The translations under genes were made by a program, and so were the position numbers. From Pirellulales bacterium (GTDB lineage: Bacteria > Planctomycetota > Planctomycetia > Pirellulales > UBA1268): a stretch of 62,491 bases of DNA. The notes under the pieces are model-generated. The model did no database searches. It was not told the DNA's origin and was given only the letters and a program-made list of their open reading frames with translations. Positions 55,113-62,491 of the stretch are shown here, in pieces (position 1 is the first letter of the stretch; every line of letters begins with the position of its first letter). The stretch lies in the NCBI GenBank assembly GCA_030577455.1, contig JALIAA010000204.1, forward strand, positions 1-62,491. Reading direction: 5' to 3'.

Positions 55113-56330
55113 TTATTCAGTGAACCCCAGTTCCTTTGCTTCCTTAGGGAGTGATTCATCGGCAATTCCACGTGCGCCACGTCCTTGTGAGACTCGGTCG
55201 TTGACGTCGAACTCAATGCTTTCAATATCTGCCTTCCACCACTGAGACTTCTTCTCGGATGTAGACGGAATATCAACAGGACGCACCAGACGCATGCCGA
55301 TGCCCAACGCCGGTTCCTCTGTGTACCAGAAGGGACTCTTGGGGAGATTCGGGTCAACGTCTTTCCACGCTTCATCTTCAGACCCTCGCCGTGCCGCTGA
55401 ACGGCATTGTGAAGGCTCATCAAAATAAGCCCCTCCGCGAACCACTCGTGATTCAAGATCTGTTGGCCACCGAATTGAGTCTACCGCGGTCACTGGCTGC
55501 TGCAGGGCAGCCGCACTGGCGTAGCCATCGGCTGTCATTTCATCAATGACCCATTCTGAAACATTGCCATGCATATCAAACAGACCCCACGGGTTCGGTT
55601 TTTTCTCTCCCACGGGATGTGTTGTGTCGTCAGAGTTTTCAACAAACCATGCATAGTCACCCAATGAATCCGAATCGCTAAAAGAAAAGGAACTCTTCGT
55701 GCCAGCACGACAGGCGTACTCCCATTCTGCCTCCGCTGGCAAACGATAAAAGCGACCGGTTAAACCAGTGAGCCACTTTGTGTACTGCCGGGCTGAATAT
55801 TGTGTCATTGTCACAGCTGGCTGCTGCGGCTCTTCACCATTTATAAATGTTGTTGTTGGGTCATAAAGCGCTGACGGTGCTGTCACTGCATCAACTTCAT
55901 TTTCTTCGGTCACAAGACGCACGCCAGAACTCTCGAGTGCTGTAAACAGATCAAGCATGCTCATGAAAACCTTATATTCTTTCCAGGTTACTTCACGGGC
56001 ACCCATCCAGAATGGTGAAACTGCAACCTCAACTTGTGGCCCTTCAGTACTTTCTCTACCAACTTCATCCTCAGGACTTCCCAGAAGAAAGGTGCCCCCC
56101 GGGACTGGTACCATTTGGAATGTGACGTCAGAACCAGGAATCGTTTCTTCGTAGGGAACGAGCCAGCCGTTTTTGTAACGTATCGCTGGTGGATTTGTAT
56201 CAGGCTGCGTTTCTCCAGTAACAAATCCTGGCACAGCTACTTCTTCAGCAAGCGACTGGTTCGCTGCGTGCAAACTAATCCCCAACAAACAGATTCCAGA
56301 AAATAATAGTGCTGCTTTTTTGCTCGTCAT
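55113..56330 (-). CDS. Formylglycine-generating-enzyme (SUMF1/FGE) family protein, secreted
   Basis: YRLPAEAEWEYACRAGT, PVGEKKPNPWGLFDMHGNVSEWV and RVVRGGAYFD. The signal peptide starts at ATG 56330 (the track start is 56372). Confidence 0.85.
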   Translation of the reverse strand: MTSKKAALLFSGICLLGISLHAANQSLAEEVAVPGFVTGETQPDTNPPAIRYKNGWLVPYEETIPGSDVTFQMVPVPGGTFLLGSPEDEVGRESTEGPQVEVAVSPFWMGAREVTWKEYKVFMSMLDLFTALESSGVRLVTEENEVDAVTAPSALYDPTTTFINGEEPQQPAVTMTQYSARQYTKWLTGLTGRFYRLPAEAEWEYACRAGTKSSFSFSDSDSLGDYAWFVENSDDTTHPVGEKKPNPWGLFDMHGNVSEWVIDEMTADGYASAAALQQPVTAVDSIRWPTDLESRVVRGGAYFDEPSQCRSAARRGSEDEAWKDVDPNLPKSPFWYTEEPALGIGMRLVRPVDIPSTSEKKSQWWKADIESIEFDVNDRVSQGRGARGIADESLPKEAKELGFTE

Positions 56331-56512
56331 GTTGTTACCTGGTTCGAAAAAACTTGCCTTCCGGTACTTCATTAATCAGTCATTTGAAGTAAGACAATAG
56401 CCTAACCTACGTTTTCCAAACAGTTAATGTCGGAAAAACGAACCTTCTTATTCATCGAACTTTAGAACGCATAAATCCAGACGGTTTTTCCGCATCCACA
56501 CTAGAACTCAAC

Positions 56513-57262
56513 TCATCCTGCCTGATGGCGATGTATGACCCGAAATAGTGGCACAGCGAGTACGGCACCAATGATGGGTGCACTGAGATAGACCCAAAGA
56601 GAGTGAACCTCGCCAGCAAGGATTGCAGGTCCGAGTGACCGGGCCGGATTCATGGAGGCACCGCTGACCGGACCGGCAAACAATGCCTCAAAAGTAATCA
56701 CAGCACCGATGGCGACGCCCGCCAGCAGCCCTTTCTCCTTGGCACCAAAAGAGACACTCAGAATTACCAGCATCAAGATAAGGGTCAGGATAACTTCCAA
56801 TATAAATGCCTGAAACTGAGACCCACGTGGCATGGTCCCACCGAGAGATTCAACCGCAGGAAACAGCATTCGCACGGCACCGCTTGCCGTCAGGGCACCT
56901 GCGCACTGGGCCGCAATATATCCGGCGACACGTTGTCCATCAAAGCGACCTGAAGCCCAGAACCCGATAGTCACCGCCGGGTTGATGTGGCATCCAGACA
57001 CATCACCAAAGGCATAAATCATTGCAAGCACGCTTAAGCCAAAAGTGAGTGACACACCAACATGGGTAATGTCACCACCTGTTATTTCATTGACAACAAG
57101 TGCGCCGGTTCCAATAAAAACGAGACCAAAGGTGCCACAGAACTCAGCAGCAAGACACTGAGAAAGAAGCGGGGCTGCTGTTGAGGTATCCGTCTTGTCG
57201 CTCACATTCACAAACAATGCCCTCTCGTGGTCTGATCTAAATTTGATAACCAGAGAAAGCAT
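56513..57262 (-). CDS. MIP-family channel (aquaporin/glyceroporin)
   Basis: Two NPA boxes (HINPAVT and SMNPARS) and six hydrophobic helices. The start is uncertain: ATG 57262, or GTG 57211 preceded by GAGAGG. Confidence 0.85.
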   Translation of the reverse strand: MLSLVIKFRSDHERALFVNVSDKTDTSTAAPLLSQCLAAEFCGTFGLVFIGTGALVVNEITGGDITHVGVSLTFGLSVLAMIYAFGDVSGCHINPAVTIGFWASGRFDGQRVAGYIAAQCAGALTASGAVRMLFPAVESLGGTMPRGSQFQAFILEVILTLILMLVILSVSFGAKEKGLLAGVAIGAVITFEALFAGPVSGASMNPARSLGPAILAGEVHSLWVYLSAPIIGAVLAVPLFRVIHRHQAG

Positions 57263-57340
57263 CTCCTGAGAAGGATAAAGCGTCAACAAGGCACAACATT
57301 CACACTCATCAGTGCCACCTTGGCATGAAAACATTCACAT

Positions 57341-58090
57341 TCATTCAACCAGTGGCAGCCAGCCGCGCACCCTGGCATGCACGCTGGCAACTCGACCCAT
57401 GTAGTGATCCATACTGTACGGGCCAGCTGCTTGAAGAATATGATCTTTGGCTTTTTGCATGTCTCCATTGGCCTCAGCATAAAGACCGAGATAGAGATGC
57501 GCATAACACAACTGATTGCGTTGTTGCTGACCAGTTCCACGTGCTGCATGCTCAAGCACATTCTCTTCGCTGCCATCTCCTTTGTATAGCTCGAGTATCT
57601 GCTTCATTGGCACGCGTGAATCGAGCCCAACGTCGAGCATATCCCGACGAGCATCGTCGGGTGACGTTTCCCGTGCAACGCACAGATAATGCCATGCAGG
57701 GTTTTCAACATCATTTGGGTTGACCGTGCGATGCAGCTCAAACTGTTTCCGCCCATCCTCAAACCGGCCGGCATAGTACATCGCAAGACCACGCTGCCAC
57801 AGTCCCGGCTGACAATCTGGTTGTACCTGTACGAGCTGATCGAAAGCATCTGCTGCTTTATCTGGCTTCGCATCAAAGAAGAGTGAGACCGCTTTTTCGA
57901 AAATGCGATCTGGTGTACCGGGAAATTCCTCTTGCGCAGCAACATCTGATGTTTCGTCGGCTTGCAGCAGAGAGAGATAAGGTTCCGTGTTGCACACACA
58001 GAGAACTATCCCGATAAAAAAACCATATCTGAGAAAGACACCGTGCCAAGTCGCGACTGTTTTCCACGCTACTGCAATGCCGTCAATCAT
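57341..58090 (-). CDS. TPR-like protein (NlpI-like)
   Basis: GLWQRGLAMYYAGRFEDGRKQFELHRTVNPNDVENPAWHYLCVAR resembles the NlpI TPR region. N-terminal hydrophobic segment. I trimmed the start to ATG 58090 to remove the overlap with the upstream gene. Confidence 0.5.
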   Translation of the reverse strand: MIDGIAVAWKTVATWHGVFLRYGFFIGIVLCVCNTEPYLSLLQADETSDVAAQEEFPGTPDRIFEKAVSLFFDAKPDKAADAFDQLVQVQPDCQPGLWQRGLAMYYAGRFEDGRKQFELHRTVNPNDVENPAWHYLCVARETSPDDARRDMLDVGLDSRVPMKQILELYKGDGSEENVLEHAARGTGQQQRNQLCYAHLYLGLYAEANGDMQKAKDHILQAAGPYSMDHYMGRVASVHARVRGWLPLVE

Positions 58091-58151
58091 TCGTGTGATG
58101 GCCACAGGCGAACCCTCTCCATTCAATAAACCAAATATTATCCAAAAAGCG

Positions 58152-61100
58152 TCACCCGATGATGCCATCTCCGTCGATGTCAATCTGGAACAGCACTTCC
58201 TTCGCCTGCAATGAGGTGTCACTTGGCCCCTCTTCACCTTGGTAGAACCCATTCTCGTCAAGAATCCACGCATAGACATCCGTACCAGTCCCATCAAGCA
58301 CACGAAGTCGACCAAGCTCATCGCGAGCAGCTGCCAGAACAGTTGCTCCGTTTCGACTGAGTGGAATCTTTCCCTGCCAGTAACTGTCCGAACGGGTGAT
58401 TGAAATTGGGGGACCTCCTGAATCACTGAGGGAGACCAAGCCCAAATAGTCGACTAAAACGCTGACCTCAGTTGTTGCAGCGACTTCTGTGTAGGAGATT
58501 GCACCATTCTGAGTTCCATAGTCGTAGAAAATACTGCTGTAACTGCCTGCTGGAAGATCAAGCCCAGACGCTGTCGCGCTTGCCTGGCCCAGACTACCCG
58601 GATTATCCCGTGCTATCGACCACATTGAAAGCATGCCAAGGCCTTTATTTCTGGCGAAGTCTTCGAGCATGTGTGCATCATCTATTGTAAAAATTTCTGT
58701 AAGCACATCGTTCACACCAATCATTGGAGTGACACCAAGTTGGCTCCATCCAAATTGATGACCGTATTCAGAGTACATTGATGAGAGTTGATTATGGGCA
58801 CCCTCAGCCGAGGAAATTGCATAGTAACCCATTGTCTGTGCATTCGGACCAGTTGTCGGAGCCGCCCATTCACCATAATCCATCGTCATGAGGTTCACAC
58901 CATCAAGAACAACACCAGCCTGCAAGGCCGAGCGTATGACGTGAAACCCGTTATACGTCAGACCTGTTGGTAGTGCCGGCAGGGTGTACCAGACTTCAAC
59001 ATCTGGGCGGGCCTCCTGAAAAAGTGCTAACGCTTCACTGCGTAAAGCGATAGAGACTGGATCTGCAATGGCACTTCCTTCGATATCAAAGTCGATGCGA
59101 TTGAGAGAATATTTATTGACAACATCGATGTAGACATTCGCAAGTTCTTGTGCCGTTTTTCCCTGAGAGGCATGAACGTGCGCCAGGCTGTTTCCTGCAG
59201 CACCACCGAAAGAAATCATTACGCTGCCGCCGGCATCCTGGAACGCAGATATCGAATCGTTTATTGCAACCGCTCGCTCAGATTCTGAATCTAAGGTAAG
59301 GGAGTCCCACCCAGCCCAGGCCGCTTTTCCATCTGTCGTCGACAGAATGAAAGCAAGGGTCAAAAGCGAGGTGCCTCGGGTTGCAGCTATCTCGGTAAGG
59401 TTTGGAACAACCCAAAAACCCATATCCACATACGGGGCAAAATAAGCTTCGCCCCACCGTTCATCACCCTCATTTCCTGAATTTACTCCCGCGACAGTTT
59501 CAATCGCTCCGTCACCATCAATATCTATCTGAAACAACGACTCCTTGGCTCGCAATGATGTATCACCCGGACCTTCCTCACCAACGTAGTGCCCATTCTC
59601 ATCGAGAATCCAGGCGTAGACATTGCTACCACTCCCATCAAGCAGTCGAAGGCGACCACGATCATCACGAGCAGCGGCCATGAGGGATGCTCCATCTCGA
59701 ATCACAGGAACACTACCCTGCCAGTAACTGTCTGCACGCGTGATCCCAATTGGATCACCACCAGAATCACTGACATACGCCAACCCTGCGTCATCGACGA
59801 GAACTCTGACTTCCGTTGTTGAGGCAACTTCGGTGTAAGAATCGCCACCCTGATCATTACGAGGATCATCGACACCATACCGAACCTGATCCCCATCTGT
59901 GACTGCACCAACTGGTGATTCCGGGGCGAGCAACCCTGAACGGGTAACCATTGCGACCTGCTCAAGACTCAATCCAAATGACTCTTCAAGCTGGGATTCA
60001 ACAATTTGATCATGATGAAATTCGATATTGAACGGAACGAGCTGATTTTTGGAAACACCAACAAGCAATGTGCTCTGGCCTGTTGTTTTAGAGGAAAGAA
60101 GCAACCCTTCGGCAGTGTCCTCTACGAAAATCCGCTCTCTCGAACTGTAGTAGAGAAAACTCAGTTTCATTGAGTCAGGATCAAACCCTTCAATTCGCTC
60201 ATGCACACCAACTTCATGTGAGCGGATGTATATCGTGCTGGCGTCACGGGGACCAACTCCACGCTCCCAAGAAAGCGCTCCTCCAATATCTTGACGAAGA
60301 TGTTCATTCATGACGACTGAAAAATTCGCTACTGTTAAATCATCGAAAGTGACGCCTGAGATTATCTGTTGCTGAGGGGCGTCCGCCCACAAATTTAGAA
60401 CAGCAGGCTCTCCGGAAGCGGTTTTCGCCAAAACAAGACCATGAGATGACGCCTGACCGAAGTTAAGTCGATCGCGAGCCGGATCAAAGTCAGAAATATC
60501 GACATGCGTTGGGTCAACCATGAAGACTCTACCATCACCATCAATGGTATCGGGGGAAGGCGATAGCCTCGGACGTGGCGATAGCAAAACTGCAGGAATA
60601 ACACTTCGACGAAGAGGCTCAGGCCCATTGCAGATACCGGTAACACGAAGTTGAGTGAGGATCGATTCTGCCTCATTGGATGCACCATGCACCCGGAAAG
60701 AAACAGCTCCACCCGGTGAAACGTCTGGGTTCCACAAGGGTCCTCGGACTGTGTACCGTGATCCTGAGCGAGCAACAACTTTTCCATTCCAGACAGCATC
60801 TAGTTCACCTGCAAAGTCAAATTCCACCATCCAACCAGCAAGCATATGATCACTTTTGTTCTGGACAACGACCTCACCGATGAAACCGGAGCCCCAATTG
60901 TTTATCTGGTTGAAAGTCGCATGATACGAATCGCCTGCACCACCAAGATTTGGATTACTTGTATCTTGCGACGGCACAACCTGCTCCACTGGTGAAACTG
61001 CAGAGGTATCGAGGGCCTCACCATTGATGACATAATTCACCGGTGACGCGAGTTGAGCAGCTGGAATACTGGCCGAGCCAATAAACCCAAAGGCGACTGA

Positions 61101-61466
61101 TCGACCTGCTTCAAGATTTGCATTCCAACCCTCGTTGGCAATGGTATAGCGGTCACCTTCTCTGGCAACAATTGTTGCACCCCAGATTGATGATATATCG
61201 GCTTCGTATTTGAAAGAAACAGACCAGTCGTTGACTGCTTCGGTGTCTCCATTGTGCAGTCTTATATTTGCTTCAAACTCAGTTCCCCAATCATGGACGA
61301 CTTCATACGTCGGCGCAACGACTGCCATCATTGCGCGCTTTTCCAGCAACTCCGTACCATACGCTTGTTCAATAGTATCCCGTCGAAGCCGCCTCTTGTC
61401 TTGTCGATGCTTGATGCAACCTTTTTTTCCGTCAGAACCACGAGCAGACCAAGGCCGGATGGCCAT
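58152..61466 (-). CDS. Multidomain GH18 (hevamine/ChiA-type) chitinase-like protein with two CBM2-like modules
   Basis: GH18 core YFAPYVDMG...ISFGGAAG...NRIDFDIEG (D-x-D-x-E, Glu codon at 59081..59079)...MTMDYGEW. CBM2-like modules at aa 52-131 and 180-262 (W..GF.a.i.l.N.....W.v.f......iW.a......g..y...n..WN..l..G.s..FGF.G). GAAAGG RBS. Confidence 0.85.
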   Translation of the reverse strand: MAIRPWSARGSDGKKGCIKHRQDKRRLRRDTIEQAYGTELLEKRAMMAVVAPTYEVVHDWGTEFEANIRLHNGDTEAVNDWSVSFKYEADISSIWGATIVAREGDRYTIANEGWNANLEAGRSVAFGFIGSASIPAAQLASPVNYVINGEALDTSAVSPVEQVVPSQDTSNPNLGGAGDSYHATFNQINNWGSGFIGEVVVQNKSDHMLAGWMVEFDFAGELDAVWNGKVVARSGSRYTVRGPLWNPDVSPGGAVSFRVHGASNEAESILTQLRVTGICNGPEPLRRSVIPAVLLSPRPRLSPSPDTIDGDGRVFMVDPTHVDISDFDPARDRLNFGQASSHGLVLAKTASGEPAVLNLWADAPQQQIISGVTFDDLTVANFSVVMNEHLRQDIGGALSWERGVGPRDASTIYIRSHEVGVHERIEGFDPDSMKLSFLYYSSRERIFVEDTAEGLLLSSKTTGQSTLLVGVSKNQLVPFNIEFHHDQIVESQLEESFGLSLEQVAMVTRSGLLAPESPVGAVTDGDQVRYGVDDPRNDQGGDSYTEVASTTEVRVLVDDAGLAYVSDSGGDPIGITRADSYWQGSVPVIRDGASLMAAARDDRGRLRLLDGSGSNVYAWILDENGHYVGEEGPGDTSLRAKESLFQIDIDGDGAIETVAGVNSGNEGDERWGEAYFAPYVDMGFWVVPNLTEIAATRGTSLLTLAFILSTTDGKAAWAGWDSLTLDSESERAVAINDSISAFQDAGGSVMISFGGAAGNSLAHVHASQGKTAQELANVYIDVVNKYSLNRIDFDIEGSAIADPVSIALRSEALALFQEARPDVEVWYTLPALPTGLTYNGFHVIRSALQAGVVLDGVNLMTMDYGEWAAPTTGPNAQTMGYYAISSAEGAHNQLSSMYSEYGHQFGWSQLGVTPMIGVNDVLTEIFTIDDAHMLEDFARNKGLGMLSMWSIARDNPGSLGQASATASGLDLPAGSYSSIFYDYGTQNGAISYTEVAATTEVSVLVDYLGLVSLSDSGGPPISITRSDSYWQGKIPLSRNGATVLAAARDELGRLRVLDGTGTDVYAWILDENGFYQGEEGPSDTSLQAKEVLFQIDIDGDGIIG
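58155..58496 (-). repeat. C-terminal copy of a 113-aa module (aa 991-1104) duplicated within the GH18 gene
   Basis: SYTEVAATTEVSVLVDYLGLVSLSDSGGPPISITRSDSYWQG...VYAWILDENGFYQGEEGPSDTSLQAKEVLFQIDIDGDGII. By eye, roughly 70% identical to the copy at 59502..59840. Confidence 0.85.
59502..59840 (-). repeat. Internal copy of the same 113-aa module (aa 543-655), immediately upstream of the GH18 domain
   Basis: SYTEVASTTEVRVLVDDAGLAYVSDSGGDPIGITRADSYWQG...VYAWILDENGHYVGEEGPGDTSLRAKESLFQIDIDGDGAI. Confidence 0.85.
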
Positions 61467-61735
61467 GAATATTGCCTTTCTTTATCGAAGAGTATCTTGA
61501 CACAAAAAAATATATTTCTGATTGCGTGACAAGTACTTCTATTACCTCTCTCGTTGCCTCTTTGAACTTCCGCGTGGGGTCACTGGCTTGAGAGTATTTT
61601 TGACCTCCCACTATGGTTAGCTTCTACGAGACTCGCGGCACCAAAGTTCACCGGATTTTGCCCACACCCGGCCTGAGCCTCGGGAAAAATCGTTTTCCGA
61701 TGCTCATTTTTGGCCTCAAAGTATCCATCAGGCCT

Positions 61736-62272
61736 TCAGGCTAACGTGATGTCCGGGATACTTCTGTATGCACCAATTGCCCATTTTCCTGATGAAAACC
61801 CTGGGCTGTTTACGGTACCAGAGATTGCTTCACCCCGGCTGCCTGTAACCTGAGTCACGCCGTAATACTCACGAGACAGACGACCGCTTCGTAATTGTCC
61901 TGCCGCGACAAAAAAAGTACCTGTTTCATTGAGCTTGATTGTGAATGAAAAAATGGTTCTCCCGCCTGCTGTCTTCATAGCACTTGCTGAAAAAGTAACA
62001 ACTGAATCATTGACTTCTCCAGCGAGTGGGATTGATTCCGTACTTGGTGAAAAACCTGTATTTACGGAGCGTCGCGTCGAGGTCGACTGCTGCCCTGAAG
62101 ATTTATTTTCCTGAATTGCCCGCATTAACCAGAAAAAGAGCAACAGGGCACCAAGTGGCACACCAAAAGCGGTTGGTTTCTCTAGAAAGTTTTCGGCAAG
62201 AAAAAAACAAATGAAACCATTTGGAACATGGATTACTAAACCCAAAGCAACACCCCCCAAAACCTGATTCAC
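61736..62272 (-). CDS. Hypothetical membrane protein (two TM segments plus beta-rich C-terminal domain)
   Basis: No recognisable motif. GTG start. Lies 21 nt downstream of the DUF1080 gene stop on the same strand. Confidence 0.45.
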   Translation of the reverse strand: MNQVLGGVALGLVIHVPNGFICFFLAENFLEKPTAFGVPLGALLLFFWLMRAIQENKSSGQQSTSTRRSVNTGFSPSTESIPLAGEVNDSVVTFSASAMKTAGGRTIFSFTIKLNETGTFFVAAGQLRSGRLSREYYGVTQVTGSRGEAISGTVNSPGFSSGKWAIGAYRSIPDITLA

Positions 62273-62293
62273 GTATTCGTAAAGCGTGTCGGT

Positions 62294-62491
62294 TCACTGC
62301 TCATTTTTCACAACAGGAGCCAAATATATATTACGAAATCTGACACTTGTGTGATCGCCTTGCAGATAGATTGGCCCGGGTTGAGTTGGGTCTGTGAAAA
62401 CCGCGCCTGCCGTCGGCCCCAATACAGGTTGATTATCAATTACCTTTTCTCCATTGAGGATCACCGTAATGTGTCGATCAACAAGGGTGAG
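62294..62491 (-). CDS. DUF1080 / 3-keto-disaccharide hydrolase domain protein, C-terminal fragment (gene starts beyond the right edge)
   Basis: Own translation of the minus strand: ...LTLVDRHITVILNGEKVIDNQPVLGPTAGAVFTDPTQPGPIYLQGDHTSVRFRNIYLAPVVKNEQ*, with the stop at 62296..62294. GPI.LQ.H...V.FRNI is the DUF1080 C-terminal signature. Confidence 0.7.
   Translation of the reverse strand, partial: LTLVDRHITVILNGEKVIDNQPVLGPTAGAVFTDPTQPGPIYLQGDHTSVRFRNIYLAPVVKNEQ

Noticed and set aside
58091-58426. 5' extension of ORF 57341..58426, which overlaps the GH18 C-terminus.
   Set aside because: The overlap of about 275 nt is with a well-supported coding region (repeat module B). The extension has odd composition (Cys/Arg-rich). 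The ATG at 58090 gives a hydrophobic N-terminus and no overlap.
1-62491. Search for CRISPR arrays, IS elements/transposases, integrases, prophage genes and rRNA/tRNA genes.
   Set aside because: None was recognised by eye. All tandem repeats found are short and in-frame within genes. This is a negative result from visual inspection only; tRNAscan-SE/Infernal and ISfinder searches would confirm it.

Overview
This 62.5-kb window is gene-dense (about 90% coding by my coordinates) and looks chromosomal. Its gene content is typical of Planctomycetota: a DUF1559 protein with a prepilin-type N-terminus, DUF1080 proteins, Tat-signal Gfo/Idh/MocA oxidoreductases, a sulfatase plus an FGE-like protein, FG-GAP and PQQ-like beta-propellers, and an archaeal-type DHPS-like gene next to pabAB. 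I call 47 CDS. Two are cut by the window edges, and the left one is absent from the ORF track because it has no in-window stop. By eye I found no rRNA, tRNA, CRISPR array, transposase, integrase or recognisable defence island. The best-supported non-coding signals are a perfect sigma-54 promoter (TGGCAC-N5-TTGCA) upstream of the ammonium transporter gene and a few intrinsic terminators. I cannot point to one unequivocal new system. The most unusual items, ranked in the findings, are: (1) a SulP/SLC26 transporter with an in-frame C-terminal P-II-like domain; (2) a TPR-less GT41 (HMW1C/NGT-like?) glycosyltransferase; (3) a pabA-pabB-DHPS-like-DUF447 cluster consistent with methanopterin-type cofactor synthesis; (4) a 1104-aa GH18 protein with two CBM2-like modules, a duplicated 113-aa module flanking the catalytic domain and a non-classical N-terminus; (5) a hyper-charged RGG-rich disordered protein downstream of a Cys-cluster/beta-barrel-like secreted protein; (6) a cNMP-binding patatin phospholipase. 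All family assignments rest on by-eye motif recognition, not database searches. Start codons were adjusted using signal peptides and GGAG-type RBS motifs where visible.
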